From contig JBGAML010000006.1 of assembly GCA_044223005.1 (NCBI GenBank), positions 160,001 to 224,000 of the forward strand: a DNA stretch of 64,000 nt, given 5' to 3'. The notes under the pieces were generated by a model that had not been told where the DNA came from, searched no databases, and saw only the letters and a program-made list of their open reading frames with translations. Shown here piece by piece: positions 17,568 through 34,478 of the stretch (positions within the stretch are counted from its first letter, which is position 1; each line of letters opens with the position of its first letter). The DNA is from Candidatus Eiseniibacteriota bacterium. GTDB lineage: Bacteria > Eisenbacteria > RBG-16-71-46. The translations under genes and the position numbers were made by a program.

Positions 17568-18723
17568 TTTCGCCTCCACTCCCTTGCGTGGGCAGCGTCA
17601 CCCGGAAGCGGGCGCCGTGGCCGGGGGAACTCTCGACCTCCACGCGCCCGCCGTGACGATCCACGGCTCGCTGCGTGATCGACAGGCCCAGGCCCGTGCC
17701 CTGGCCCACCGGTTTGGTCGTGAAGAAGGGGTCCCAGATGCGGTGCAGGTGCTCGGCCGCGATGCCGGGGCCGTCGTCCTGCACCTCGAGGGTCACGCGG
17801 TCGTCGCCGAGCCGCGCGGTGCGGACCGCGAGGTGGCCGCCCGTGCCCATGGCCTGGACCGCGTTCATGCACAGGTTCATCACCACGCCGCGCAGGCCGC
17901 CCTCGCGGCCCCAGACGGGCGGGAGGTCGGCGGCGAGGTCGGCCGTGGTCTCGATGTGCTGGCGCCGGGTCGCGAACGAGAGCAGCGCGAGCGTGTCGCG
18001 CACCGCGCGGTTCAAGTCGACCCACACGGGCTTGGCGGCGTACGGCTGGCCGAGCAGCAGCAGCTTGTCGGTGGTCTCGCGGCACCGCCGCGTCTCCTGC
18101 TCGAGCAGCGCGAGCACTTCGGACACGTCGCGGTGCTCCGAGACCGGCAGGTCGGCACGGCCGACCCAGCGCTGCAGGCTTTCGACGCCCGCGAGGATCG
18201 ACGCGAGCGGATTGTTGATCTCGTGCGCGACGCCGGCCGCGAGCAGGCCCAGCGAGGCGAGCCGCTCGTTGTGCGAGAGCTGGGCCTCGAGCTTGGAGCG
18301 CTCCGTGACGTCGCGCCACACCTCGACGACGAGCGTCACCTCGCCCTGCTCGTCGAGCACCGGGTTGAGCGTCGCCTCCCAGCGCCGCTGCTGCCCGGTC
18401 GAATCCGGGATCACCTGCAGCGCGCGCCGCGGCTGCCGCGTGCGCGCGATCTCGCAGACGATGCACTCGCCGTTGGCGTCGCCGGTGCCCTTGAGGCACG
18501 TGCCGGCACGCGGGCACGCCGAGGACTGCAGCGGCCGGCCGGCCAGCCCGAACGCGTCGTCGAAGCGCCGGTTGGACGCGACGATCGCGCCGCGGCGGTC
18601 GACGACGACGACGGCGTCGCTGATCGCGTCGAGCAGCCGCGGTAGCGCCTGGCCGAACGCGTCGGCGTCGCTCGGCACGTGCGCGGAAGTCTCGGGGGCG
18701 GGATCGGGTCGGGTCTCGGACAT
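17560..18723 (-). CDS. Cytoplasmic PAS-domain sensor histidine kinase
   Basis: PAS with four Cys residues, AHEINNPL, NLCMNA, DDGPGI, PFFTTK, GTGLGL; no transmembrane segment. Confidence 0.95.
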
Positions 18724-18858
18724 GGCTCCTGTCGTCTCGTCAGGCCGTGGGAGGTACCCGACAAATTGACACACCCTCCGTGGGCTGTCACGAACGCATC
18801 GAGGCCGCCGATCGCGGGATCGGCGGCCTCGTCGCGACTTGCGCGCGCGGCAGGCGCG

Positions 18859-19458
18859 TCAGGTGGTCCGGACCGGGGGCCCCGGATCCGGGCGGCGGCG
18901 CGAACGGACGAACAGCGTCGCGCCGATCACGATCAGCACCAGCGCCACGAACGGCACCAGGATCGCCATCGCCGACACGACCCCGGCCGTCAGGTCCTCG
19001 CCGGCCGAGAGGACCGGGTTGGCGTGGCCGAGCGTGAGCGCCGTGCTGCCGAGCCGGAGCTTGGCCTTGGCGGCGTGGATGCCCAGCGCGCCCGCGCCGA
19101 GGATCAGCGCGGCGATCGCGGCGAGGGCGGGATTCACGTTGCCGAAGGTCGCCCAGCCCGCGACCGCGGCCGCAGCGGGCCGCACGAACGTCGCGAGCAC
19201 GTCGAGCGCATGGTCGACCACCGGGATCTTGTCGGCGGCCAGTTCGACGACCGCCGCGATCCCCAGCGTCCACAGGGCCACGTCGCTGCCCAGCCAGCCG
19301 GCCTGGGAGGAGAGGTGGACCGCCCCGAAGCGCGATCCCAGCGCGAGCGCGAGGAGCGGCAGGAAGGCCCGGAGGCCGCAGGCGGCGGCGATGCAGACAC
19401 CGGCGACGGCGGCGAAGGCGAGTTGGGGGGGGGACACGGCGGTGACGGTGTCCAGCAT
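18859..19458 (-). CDS. DUF4126-family membrane protein
   Basis: AACGLRAFLPLL, ELAADKIPVVDHALD, RP, NPVLSAGED. Confidence 0.85.
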   Translation of the reverse strand: MLDTVTAVSPPQLAFAAVAGVCIAAACGLRAFLPLLALALGSRFGAVHLSSQAGWLGSDVALWTLGIAAVVELAADKIPVVDHALDVLATFVRPAAAAVAGWATFGNVNPALAAIAALILGAGALGIHAAKAKLRLGSTALTLGHANPVLSAGEDLTAGVVSAMAILVPFVALVLIVIGATLFVRSRRRPDPGPPVRTT

Positions 19459-19584
19459 GGCGTCTCCCAGGGGTTGGACGGATGGTCCGGTCGGAGGATT
19501 GCGCACCCGGGGGGTGGTGTCTATGCTCCTCCGTTCCGGCAGCCGACTGCGGCTCCGGATTCTACGTGATCAGGAGCGTCCACG

Positions 19585-20805
19585 TTGCCCCTCCCCGTCT
19601 CGACCTGGGTGGAAGTCGACCTCGACCGGTTCCATGCGAACCTGCGGGCCATGCGTGGCCTGATCGGGCCCGGGCGCGAGATCTTGTTGGTAGCCAAGGC
19701 GGATGCGTACGGCCACGGCGCCCGGGAGATGGCCGCGGCGGCCGAGTCGGTGGGGGTCACCCAGCTGGGCGTGGCGACGCTGCACGAGGGGCTCCAGCTC
19801 CGCCAGTCGGGTTGCCGGCTTCCGATCGTCTGTCTCTCGCCGCTGCTGCCGGCCGAGATCGAGGACGCGGTGGCGAACGGCATCGACCCGACCGTGGGCG
19901 ACGAGGCGTTCGCGCGCGAACTTTCGCGCGTCGCCGTCGCGACGGGGCACGCGGTGCGCTTCCACGTCGAGATCGACACGGGCATGGGCCGCATCGGCGT
20001 GCGTGAGGAGCAGGCGGAAGCGTTCCTCGCGCGCGTGAGCGCGCTGCCGGGGCTGCGCGCGGCGAGCGTCTACACGCACTTCCCGGACGCCGACGGCGCC
20101 GACCTGGGTTTCGCGGCCGCGCAGGTGCAGCGCTTCCGTGCATTGCTCGAGCGTCTCGAGCAGCGCGGGATCCGGCCGCCGCGCGCGCACGCCGCGAACA
20201 GCGCCGGCACGGTGAACCTGCCCGACGCGTGGCTCGACTGGGTGCGCCTCGGGCTCGTCGCCTACGGCGTGCACCCGCCGCGCGACGAGGCGAAGCCGCC
20301 GGTCGCGCCGGTGATGTCGCTGCGCAGCCGGCTCGTGCAGGTGCGCGAGCTGCCGGCGGGCGCGACGATCAGCTACGGGCGCACGTTCACGACGGCGCGG
20401 CCCTCGCGGATCGGCGTGGTGCCGATCGGCTACGGCCACGGCTACTCGTGGCTGCTCTCCAATCGCGGCGAGATGCTGCTCGCGGGCCGGCGCGTGCCGA
20501 TCCGCGGCCGCGTGACGATGGACCTGACGCTGGTGGACGTGACCGACGTGCCGGAGGCGGCGGTCGGTGACGAGCTCGTGCTGTTCGGCGAGCAGGAGGG
20601 CGCGCGCATCACGGTCGAGGAGTTCGCGGCCTGGAGCGAGACGCTGCCCTACGAAGTGATGTGCACGATCGGCAAGCGGGTGCCGCGGCTCTACCGCCAG
20701 GGCGGGGGCGCGGTCCGCATGACGACACTGGTCGGCGAGCGGCCCGAGTGGACCGCCGCCGCGGACGCCTACATCCGCCGGCGCGAGGCGCCGGCGTCAC
20801 GATAG
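19585..20805 (+). CDS. alr: Alanine racemase
   Basis: VAKADAYGHG (PLP Lys), DTGMGRIG, ANSAG, ISYG, GRVTMD, YE; TTG start after AGGAG. Confidence 0.96.
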   Translation: MPLPVSTWVEVDLDRFHANLRAMRGLIGPGREILLVAKADAYGHGAREMAAAAESVGVTQLGVATLHEGLQLRQSGCRLPIVCLSPLLPAEIEDAVANGIDPTVGDEAFARELSRVAVATGHAVRFHVEIDTGMGRIGVREEQAEAFLARVSALPGLRAASVYTHFPDADGADLGFAAAQVQRFRALLERLEQRGIRPPRAHAANSAGTVNLPDAWLDWVRLGLVAYGVHPPRDEAKPPVAPVMSLRSRLVQVRELPAGATISYGRTFTTARPSRIGVVPIGYGHGYSWLLSNRGEMLLAGRRVPIRGRVTMDLTLVDVTDVPEAAVGDELVLFGEQEGARITVEEFAAWSETLPYEVMCTIGKRVPRLYRQGGGAVRMTTLVGERPEWTAAADAYIRRREAPASR

Positions 20806-20818
20806 ACGGGGGAGCAGC

Positions 20819-21985
20819 ATGCGCATCTTCCTGATCGTCCTCGACGGCGTGGGCATCGGCGAACTGCCGGACGCAGATGCGTACGGCGACGCCGGCAGCC
20901 ACACGCTGCTGCACGTCGCCGAGCACGCGGGCGGGCTGTCGCTGCCGGTCATGGAGTCGCTCGGGCTCGGCCGGCTGGTCGCGCTGCCGGGCGTGCGTGC
21001 GATCGCCGATCCGCTGGGCGCGCGCGCTCGGCTCGCCGAACGCTCGGCGGGCAAGGACAGCACGACGGGGCACTGGGAGATGATGGGCATCGTGCTGCCG
21101 CAGGCGTTCCCGACCTATCCGCAGGGCTTCCCGCTCGAACTGCTCGAGCGCTGGTGCGAGAAGGTGGGCCGCGGCTGGCTGGGCAACTGCACCGCGTCGG
21201 GCACCGAGATCATCACGCGGCTGGGCGAGCAGCACCAGCAGAGCGGCAAGTACATCGTCTACACGTCGGCGGACTCGGTGTTCCAGGTCGCGGCGCACGA
21301 GACGACCGTGCCGCTCGACGAGCTCTACGCCGCGTGCCGCACGGCGCGCGAGATGCTCACGGGCGAGCACGCGGTCGGCCGCGTGATCGCGCGGCCGTTC
21401 GTGGGGGCTCCGGGCAGCTACACGCGCACGACGAACCGGCGCGACTTCTCGCTCGAGCCGCTCGAGCCGACGGTCATGGACCGGATGGTCGAGCGCGGCC
21501 ACCGGGTGATCACGGTGGGCAAGGTGGACGACCTGTTCGCGGGCAGGGGCGTTTCGGACGGGATCCACACCAAGAGTAATGCCGAGGGCGAGGACGTCCT
21601 GCTCGACCTCGCGAAGAAGCCGGGCGAGGGGCTGGTGTTCGCCAACCTCGTGGATTTCGACACGCAATACGGGCACCGGAACGACCCGGCCGGATTCGCC
21701 CGCGCACTGGTACAGTTCGACGAGCGTCTCGGGCAGCTGCTGCCGCTGCTGCGGGACGACGAGATGGTGTGGGTGACGGCGGACCACGGCAACGATCCGA
21801 CGACGCCCAGCACCGATCACGCCCGCGAGTACACGCCCCTGCTGGTCGCAGGGCCGCGCGTGCGGCGCGGGGCGGACCTGGGGACGCGGAGTACGTTCGC
21901 GGACCTGGGTGCCACGGTGGCCGAGGTGTTCGGCGTTCCGGCGCCGCGTTTCGGCACCAGCTTCCTCAAGGAGTTGCGAGCGTGA
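20819..21985 (+). CDS. deoB: Phosphopentomutase
   Basis: [54 protein letters not shown]. Confidence 0.97.
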   Translation: MRIFLIVLDGVGIGELPDADAYGDAGSHTLLHVAEHAGGLSLPVMESLGLGRLVALPGVRAIADPLGARARLAERSAGKDSTTGHWEMMGIVLPQAFPTYPQGFPLELLERWCEKVGRGWLGNCTASGTEIITRLGEQHQQSGKYIVYTSADSVFQVAAHETTVPLDELYAACRTAREMLTGEHAVGRVIARPFVGAPGSYTRTTNRRDFSLEPLEPTVMDRMVERGHRVITVGKVDDLFAGRGVSDGIHTKSNAEGEDVLLDLAKKPGEGLVFANLVDFDTQYGHRNDPAGFARALVQFDERLGQLLPLLRDDEMVWVTADHGNDPTTPSTDHAREYTPLLVAGPRVRRGADLGTRSTFADLGATVAEVFGVPAPRFGTSFLKELRA

Positions 21986-22436
21986 CCCTCAAGGCACTGA
22001 TGGCCGCAGCCGAGAAGGCGCGGCGCGAGTCGTATTCGCCCTATTCGAAGTTCGCGGTGGGCGCCGCGCTGCTCACGGGCTCCGGTCGTGTCGTGACCGG
22101 CTGCAACGTGGAGAACTCGTCGTTCGGGCTCGCGTGCTGCGCCGAGCGCACCGCGGTGTTCAAGGCGGTGAGCGAGGGCGAGCGCGAGTTCCTCGCCGTG
22201 GCGATCACGGCGGGCGACGGCCACCGCGCGGCCCCGTGCGGCGCGTGCCGCCAGGTGCTCTACGAGTTCTCGCGCACGATGTGGGTGTACTTCCGCGACG
22301 GCAAGGGCGGCGTGATCCGCCGCCGGATCGACGCGCTTCTCGCCGAGGGCTTCCACCTGAGCGAGGAGCTCGAGCCGAAGAAGGCCGCGACGCGCAAGCC
22401 CGCGAAGGCGAAGGCGCGCGCGAAGCGAGGTGCGCG

Positions 22437-22440
<4 letters not shown>
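21982..22440 (+). CDS. cdd: Cytidine deaminase (homotetrameric type)
   Basis: YSPYSKF, GCNVEN, CAER, PCGACRQ; GTGA coupling; K/A-rich tail. Confidence 0.95.
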
Positions 22441-23389
<949 letters not shown>

Positions 23390-23390
<1 letters not shown>

Positions 23391-24694
23391 TGGCGATCGA
23401 CGCGCGTGATTTCATCCGTACCAAGCGGGACCGCCACACGCACGACCCGGCTGCGGTGCGCGAGTTCGTGGCCGCGTACCTGCGCAAGGAGATTCCGGAC
23501 TACCAGGTGAGCGCCTGGCTGATGGCCGCGTTCCTGAACGGCCTCGACGGCCCCGAGACCGACGCGCTGACGCACGGCCTGCTGCACTCGGGCCGCGTGT
23601 TCGACTGGAGCGCGCTCGGACGGCCGTCCGCCGACAAGCACTCCACGGGCGGCGTGGGCGACAAGATCTCGCTCATGCTGGCGCCGCTGGTCGCCGCGTG
23701 CGGCGTGCTGGTGCCGATGGTGTCGGGCCGCGGGCTCGGCCACACCGGCGGCACGCTCGACAAGCTGGAGTCGATCCCGGGCTTCCAGACGACGCTCTCG
23801 CCCGACGTGATGCGCAAGCAGCTGGACGCGATCGGCGTCGTGATGGTGGGCCAGGGACCCGACCTCGCGCCCGCCGACGGCCTCTTCTACGCGCTGCGCG
23901 ACGTGACGTCGACGGTGGAGTTCGAGCCGTTCATCGTCTCGAGCATCGTGAGCAAGAAGATCGCCGAGGGCGCGGGCTCGATCGCCTACGACGTGAAGTG
24001 CGGCAGCGGCGCGTTCATGAAGACGCGCGAGACGGCGCGCAGCCTGGCCAAGCGCCTGGTCGCGACGTCGCAGGCGCTCGGCGCGAAGGCGGCGGCGCTC
24101 ATCACCGACATGAACTGGCCGCTGGGTGGCGCCGTCGGCAACGCGCTCGAAGTGCGCGAGGCCTGCGAGACGCTGCACGGCAAGGGCCCCGCGGACACGC
24201 GGGCGCTCACGCTGGACCTCGCGGCCGTGATGCTGCGGCTCGCGGGCACGGATCCGGACGACGCGGCGGCGCGGAAGCGCGCCGAGAAGGCGCTCGATTC
24301 GGGCGCGGCGTGGGAGAAGTTCCTCGAGATGGTGCGCGCGCAGGGCGGCGACCCGAAGAGCGTCGAGAACGCGGCGCGCCTGCACCCGGCGCCCGTGATC
24401 ACGATGGTCCCGGCGCCGCGCGACGGCGTCATGGCGGCGTGCGATTCGTTCGCGCTGGGCGAGCTCGGCGTGGCGATCGGCGGCGGCCGGCGCGCCAAGG
24501 AGGACGCGATCGATCCGCGCGTCGGCCTGGTGATCCTGCGCCAGCCGGGAGACCGCGTGAAGGCGGGCGAGCCGATCGCCGAGCTGCACCTGTCGGGGCC
24601 CGACGCGGGCGCCGTCGAGCGCGCGGCGGAGTGCTTCACGATCGCCGACACGGCCGAGCCGCGCGGCGAGGTGGTGCTGGAGCGGATCGGGTAG
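23390..24694 (+). CDS. pdp: Pyrimidine-nucleoside/thymidine phosphorylase
   Basis: DKHSTGGVGDK, SGRGLGHTGGTLDKLE, YALRDVT, DVKCGSGAFM, GNALEV; TGATG overlap. Confidence 0.95.
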
Positions 24695-24714
24695 CGCGAT
24701 TCGCTCTCGCGGAA

Positions 24715-24759
24715 ACGCAACGGCCCCGTGCGCGAAGGCGCGCGGGGCCGTGGTGCGTT
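24715..24759. terminator. Hairpin between convergent pdp and PBP1A genes
   Basis: AACGCAACGGCCCCG...CGGGGCCGTGGTGCGTT. Confidence 0.55.
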
Positions 24760-24764
24760 CGGCC

Positions 24765-26960
24765 CTACCGGATATGCAGCTCGTCCGGCTTGCGGTTGCG
24801 GTCGGCCTGGTCGATCTGGCGGATGTCCGACGGCGCGGCCTTCGGCGCGTTGGGATTCGCGGGCGCGCCGGACGACGACGGCGGGATGTCGGACTGCAGC
24901 GGCTTGCCGGGGTGCGTCGTGCAGTACTCGGTCGGCTCCGAGCCTTCCGCGAACAACTCGGTCGTCACGTTCGGGCATGCGTCGGTGGCGAGCATGCCGG
25001 ACTCGGCGCACACGATGCGGCTCGACGTGCCCTCGGGGACGGGGAAGTCCTCGGGCGGCCGGCCGCGCGTCCAGCCGATCATGATGTCGGTCCACGCGGG
25101 CAGTGCGGCGGCGGCGCCGGTCATCCCCGGCCCGATCGTCTTCTTCTCGTCGTAGCCGACCCAGACGCCGCACACGAGGCTCGGGACGTAGCCCACGAAC
25201 CACGCGTCCATGTAGTCGTCCATCGTGCCGGTCTTGCCCGCCGCGGGGGCGGTGAAGCCGCGTGCGCGCGCCGGGTAGCCGGTGCCGTGGTCCATGACGG
25301 ACTGCAGCATGCTGGTCATGGTGGCCGCCGTGCCCTCGGAGAGCACCTCGAGGGGCTTGGGGGCGTAGCGCTCGAGCACGTTGCCCGCGCGGTCCTCGAC
25401 CTTGAGCACCACCACGGGCTCGTTGCGCAGGCCGTGGTTCGCCAGCACGGCATACGCCGACGTGATGTCCAGGAGCGTGACCTCGCTGCTGCCGAGCGCG
25501 AGCGAGAGGTTCTGGCCGATCGGCGTCTTGATGCCCATCTTGCGCGCGTACGACGCCACCAGCGAGACGCCGACCTTGCGCAGCAGCTTGATCGCGGGAA
25601 TGTTGATCGACTGCTGCAGCGCGTAGCGCAGGGTGACGGGGCCGCGATACGTGTGATCGTAGTTCTGGGGCGCGTAGGGTTTGCCGTTGCCGCCCGGGAA
25701 CGTGACCGGCTCGTCCACGATGATGTCGGTGGGCTTGAAGCCGTTGTCCATCGCGGCGGTGTAGACGAACGGCTTGAACGACGACCCGGGCTGCCGGCGC
25801 GCCTGCAGCGCGCGGTTGAAGTTGCTCTGGTTCCAGTCGCGGCCGCCCACGAGCGCGCGCACGTAGCCGTTGCGCGGATCGATCGCGACCACCGCGCCCT
25901 GCAGGTAAGGCGTCTTGCCCGCGCGCGGGGTGTTCGCGGCCGGCATCACGAAGTTCGCGAGCGTCGACTTGAGCTTGAGCTGCGCTTCGAGGGCTTCCAG
26001 CTGGCGCTCGAGCGAGCGCTCGGCGAGCTGCTGCAGGTCCATGTCGATCGTCGTCCAGACCTTGAGCCCGCCCTCGTAGACGGCGTTCGAGCCGTACTTC
26101 TCGTCGAGGTGCAGCCGCACCATCTCGACCAGGTACGGCGCGCGTTCGTTGTTGTAGCGCACCGGCGTGACGCCGAGCGGCGCGTGCTCGGCGTTGTCGA
26201 GCTGCACCTGCGTGATCGCGCCGGTCGCGAGCATGTTGCGCAGCACCTTGGAGCGGCGCAGGAGCGCGGCCTTCGGCGCCCGGCGCGGGGAGTAGAGGCT
26301 CGGGTTCGCGGGAATGCCCGCGAGCAGCGCGCACTCGGGCAGGGTCAGCTCGCGGAGCGGTTTGGCGTAATACGTCTTCGCCGCGGCCTCGACGCCGTAC
26401 GCGCCCTCACCGAAGTAGATCTGGTTGAAGTACATCTCCAGGATCTGGTCCTTGGAGTAGTTGCGCTCGAGCTCGATCGCGAGCGCGACTTCCTTGAGCT
26501 TGCGCGTGAACGTGCGCTCCTGGGTGAGGAACAGGTTGCGCGCGAGCTGCTGCGTGATGGTGCTGCCGCCCTGCGTGCGGCGCATGTGCATCACGTCGGT
26601 CACCGCGGCGCGCGCGACGCCCCACATGTCGACGCCCCAGTGCGTGTAGAAGCTGCGGTCCTCGGTCGACAGCGTGGCGTTGACCAGGTTGCGCGGGATG
26701 TCGTGCAGCGCGACCGGGGAGCGGTTCTCGCGGTAGAACTCGTGGAGCACGCGGCCGCGCACGTCGTAGACCGTGGTCTTGACGGGGGCCTGGATCGTGG
26801 CGACCTGCTCGGGCGTGGGCAGGTCGCGGCGCAGCCACTGCACCAGGCCGAAGACGGCACCGGCGGATCCGAACACCGCGACGAGCACGACCGTGAAGAA
26901 GAACTTCCACGGGAAGCGCCTCGCGGCGCGAACGGCGGGATGAGCCATGGAGGGAGGCAC
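24765..26960 (-). CDS. Class A penicillin-binding protein (PBP1A family)
   Basis: N-terminal TM helix; GT51 motifs EDRSF, GGSTITQQL, RKLKE; transpeptidase motifs SSFK, SIN, KTG. Start is 26960 (GTG) or 26948 (ATG). Confidence 0.95.
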   Translation of the reverse strand: MPPSMAHPAVRAARRFPWKFFFTVVLVAVFGSAGAVFGLVQWLRRDLPTPEQVATIQAPVKTTVYDVRGRVLHEFYRENRSPVALHDIPRNLVNATLSTEDRSFYTHWGVDMWGVARAAVTDVMHMRRTQGGSTITQQLARNLFLTQERTFTRKLKEVALAIELERNYSKDQILEMYFNQIYFGEGAYGVEAAAKTYYAKPLRELTLPECALLAGIPANPSLYSPRRAPKAALLRRSKVLRNMLATGAITQVQLDNAEHAPLGVTPVRYNNERAPYLVEMVRLHLDEKYGSNAVYEGGLKVWTTIDMDLQQLAERSLERQLEALEAQLKLKSTLANFVMPAANTPRAGKTPYLQGAVVAIDPRNGYVRALVGGRDWNQSNFNRALQARRQPGSSFKPFVYTAAMDNGFKPTDIIVDEPVTFPGGNGKPYAPQNYDHTYRGPVTLRYALQQSINIPAIKLLRKVGVSLVASYARKMGIKTPIGQNLSLALGSSEVTLLDITSAYAVLANHGLRNEPVVVLKVEDRAGNVLERYAPKPLEVLSEGTAATMTSMLQSVMDHGTGYPARARGFTAPAAGKTGTMDDYMDAWFVGYVPSLVCGVWVGYDEKKTIGPGMTGAAAALPAWTDIMIGWTRGRPPEDFPVPEGTSSRIVCAESGMLATDACPNVTTELFAEGSEPTEYCTTHPGKPLQSDIPPSSSGAPANPNAPKAAPSDIRQIDQADRNRKPDELHIR

Positions 26961-27033
26961 GACTCCTTTCGTGACGAAGCTCCCGTGAGCGTAGGCGCCG
27001 CCCCCGCGGGGGGCAAGCGCCGGCCCGCGGCGG

Positions 27034-28323
27034 TCAGGACGCGACGTCGAGCAGGCTGTATGTCTTCTTGCCGCGGCGCAGGACGATGAAGCGGCCCGCG
27101 AGCAGGTCCGCGGTGCCGAGCCGGCGCGCGTCCTCGCGCACCACCTCGTGGTTCACGGACACGGCGCCCTGCTGGATCGACGTGCGCGCCTGCCCCTTGG
27201 AGGGCGCGAGTCCGCACTGCACCAGCGCGCTCGGCAGGTCGAGAGCGCCGTCGCCTTCGAGCGCGCTGCGCGCGATCGTCGCGCGCGGCGCCTCGCGCAG
27301 GCCTTCCTCGAGCTCGGCGAGCGAGAGCGTGCGCAGGTCGCCGCCGTCGAAGAGCACGCTCGTCGTGCGCTTCGCGCTCTCGAGCGCGTCCGCGCCGTGC
27401 ACCATGTCGGTCACGGTCGCGGCGAGCGCGCGATGCGCCTCGCGGCGCTCGGGATGCGCGGCGTGCGCGGCGCCCAGCGCGTCGAGTTCGGCGCGCGACA
27501 TGAAGGTGAAGTAGTTCAGGTAGCGCAGCACGTCGCCGTCGTCGGTGTTGAGCCAGAACTGGTAGAACGCGAACGGGCTCGTGCGCCGCGCGTCGATCCA
27601 CACGTTGCCCGACTCGCTCTTGCCGAACTTGCTGCCGTCGGATTTGGTGACGAGCGGCTGCGTGAGCCCGTAGGCGCTGCCCTGGCGCAGGCGGCGGATG
27701 AGCTCGCAGCCGTCGGTGATGTTGCCCCACTGGTCGCTGCCGCCGACCTGCAGCCGGCAGCCGAAGCGGTCGTAGAGCGCGAGGAAGTCGTAGGCCTGCA
27801 GCAGCGCGTACGAGAACTCGGTGTACGAAATGCCCTGGTCGCGGCCCGACAGGCGCAGCTGCACCGAATCGCGCTGGATCATCGCGTTCACGGAGAAGTG
27901 CTTGCCGATGTCGCGCAGGAACTCGATCAGCTGGAGCTTGCCGAGCCACTCCGAGTTGTCGACGAGTCGCGCGGCGTGCGCGCCCGAGAAGTCGAGGTAG
28001 CGCTCGAGCTGCGCGCGGATGCCCGCGACGTTCGCGTCGATCTGTTCGCGCGTGAGCATCGTGCGCTCGGCGCTCTTGCCGCTCGGATCGCCGATCATGC
28101 CGGTGCCACCGCCGACGACCGCGATGGGCGTGTGGCCCGCGCGCTGCAGGCGCACGAGTGCGAGCACCTGCAGCAGGCTGCCCACGTGCAGGCTGTCCGC
28201 GGTGGGATCGAAGCCGATGTAGGCGGTGACGGATTCGCGCTGCAGCAGGTCGACCAGTTCGGGTGACGTGGACTGGTGCACCAGGCCGCGCTGCGAGAGA
28301 TCCTCGAAAAAGCCCGGATTCAT
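27034..28323 (-). CDS. tyrS: Tyrosine--tRNA ligase
   Basis: GFDPTADSLHVG, GDPSG, QVGGSDQWGNI, KFGKS, C-terminal S4 domain with RRGKK. Confidence 0.98.
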   Translation of the reverse strand: MNPGFFEDLSQRGLVHQSTSPELVDLLQRESVTAYIGFDPTADSLHVGSLLQVLALVRLQRAGHTPIAVVGGGTGMIGDPSGKSAERTMLTREQIDANVAGIRAQLERYLDFSGAHAARLVDNSEWLGKLQLIEFLRDIGKHFSVNAMIQRDSVQLRLSGRDQGISYTEFSYALLQAYDFLALYDRFGCRLQVGGSDQWGNITDGCELIRRLRQGSAYGLTQPLVTKSDGSKFGKSESGNVWIDARRTSPFAFYQFWLNTDDGDVLRYLNYFTFMSRAELDALGAAHAAHPERREAHRALAATVTDMVHGADALESAKRTTSVLFDGGDLRTLSLAELEEGLREAPRATIARSALEGDGALDLPSALVQCGLAPSKGQARTSIQQGAVSVNHEVVREDARRLGTADLLAGRFIVLRRGKKTYSLLDVAS

Positions 28324-28553
28324 TGGGTTCTGGCTCCGATTTCGCCCCGGGAGGGGGCGTGCGACCGCGACAGGGCGCGCCGATCGCGCCCAGGGAAGCG
28401 TTGATAGCGCAGCGGCCCTGCGGCGTCCAGTGGGCGGGCCGAGGGGCTTGGGAGGCCCCGGAAGGGGAGCGGGAGAGGGGCCCGGGAAAAGGCCCGAATT
28501 CGCCCGTAACTCGTTGTTTTACAACGCTCGAGATAAAAAGTACCTGCGGGCAC

Positions 28554-28651
28554 TTGACGCCGGGGAGAATCGCACCTATATTGCCGTCGCTGCAGGAACA
28601 AGCCCTCTAGAAAAAAGTCGGTTGACTTCTTCCTACGACAAAGGCTAAGTT
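28554..28651 (+). promoter_or_regulatory. Tandem rrn promoters P1 and P2
   Basis: TTGACG-17-TATATT (28554-28582) and TTGACT-18-TAAGTT (28622-28651), each preceded by an A-tract. Confidence 0.75.
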
Positions 28652-28695
28652 CCCCGTCCGCTTCTCGCCACGCGAGAAGCGTTCGACGTGTCTCC

Positions 28696-28714
28696 GATCT
28701 TTGAAAATTGAATA
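28696..28714 (+). promoter_or_regulatory. rrn leader boxA antitermination site
   Basis: GATCTTTGAAAATTGAATA, with a near-copy in the spacer. Confidence 0.75.
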
Positions 28715-28838
28715 GCGCGCGTGACTTTGAAGGCCCGGCAAGTCCGCGTCCTCGATCCGCTTTGGATCGTGGATGTGTTTACCTTGCAATGATCCATGTG
28801 CGTGGAGCTCTGCTCTCCGCACGTGATCTCCATTATTT

Positions 28839-30399
<1,561 letters not shown>

Positions 30400-30641
30400 G
30401 GGAGACATGTTGTCGGACACCTTCGGGTGTCGCGATGACAGACCTCTTAGGTCGAACTTCCGGGTCTTCAAAGCGCGCGCGCTATTCTTCTCTCATTCTG
30501 GCGCCTGCCTCCGCGGGCCACGACGACGCCCGTCGTCGCGCGGCGGTTCAAGGCAAGGAGTCACCCAGGCGGTGACTTCTGGGCGAGGGAGGGAGTGCTC
30601 CATCAGCATTCCTGGCGCGAACTCCTCCACGACGCTGCGGT

Positions 30642-30718
<77 letters not shown>

Positions 30719-30753
30719 TCTCTTTCGCCCGCGGCCAGCTCTTCGAACGTGTT

Positions 30754-30829
30754 GGGGATATAGCTCAACTGGGAGAGCGCCGGCTTTGCAAGCCGGAGGC
30801 TGCGGGTTCGAGCCCCGCTATCTCCACCA
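30754..30829 (+). tRNA. tRNA-Ala (TGC)
   Basis: Cloverleaf, anticodon loop TT-TGC-AA, G3.U70 pair, encoded CCA. Confidence 0.98.
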
Positions 30830-30930
30830 GAAATCGAGAGAGGACCGGGATCCTTCCTGGTTCCATATATCGATATTCGCGATGCCGATCGCTTTGCGAG
30901 CGCGTCGCCCACTCCTCACCGAGTGGAATC

Positions 30931-30949
30931 GATCTTTGACAATCGAATA
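30931..30949 (+). promoter_or_regulatory. Spacer boxA
   Basis: GATCTTTGACAATCGAATA upstream of the 23S gene. Confidence 0.7.
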
Positions 30950-30991
30950 CGAGACGCTGGGTATACACAGTTGAAGCACCTTAGAAAATCC

Positions 30992-33976
<2,985 letters not shown>

Positions 33977-34036
33977 GGTATTTCTTAGGCGCTTCAACTG
34001 TATGTACCCGCGTCTCGTGTCGATTGTCGCCCAGTT

Positions 34037-34152
34037 TGGGGTGGCTATGGCGGAGGGGAAACACCTCTTCCCATTCCGAACAGAGTAGTTAAGCCCTCCA
34101 GCGCCGATGGTACTGCCCGGGAGACCGGGTGGGAGAGTAGGTCGCCGCCCCT
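34037..34152 (+). rRNA. rrf: 5S rRNA (ends approximate)
   Basis: CCCATTCCGAAC, GCCGATGGTACTG, GGGAGAGTAGG; terminal GGGGTGGC/GCCGCCCC stem. Confidence 0.97.
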
Positions 34153-34162
34153 TAATAACGTG

Positions 34163-34197
34163 AGGCCCCGCCGGCAACGGCGGGGCCTTTTCGTTTT
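34163..34197 (+). terminator. rrn intrinsic terminator
   Basis: AGGCCCCGCCG-GCAA-CGGCGGGGCCT followed by TTTCGTTTT. Confidence 0.9.
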
Positions 34198-34478
34198 CCG
34201 GCGGGTTCTACCGGAGCCTCGCCCTGGCGGGGCCCGTTTCCGGGCCGGCGCGCGTTCGCCCTGCCGGTACACTTGCTCACCCGAACCGTACCGCCGCGGC
34301 CAGTTCGGGCCGACCGGCGCCTGCCGCGCCCCGGGCGTTGACCGGGGAACTCCTTGCGCCGCAACGTGGAGAGCCGCATGGCCCGGCCACTTTGCCCCGG
34401 GCATGCGCCGTGCACTACCGTGCGAGTGGCGGGTGACCCGACCGGTCACTCCACCCGATCGAAGGGAGGTGTTCCGGG

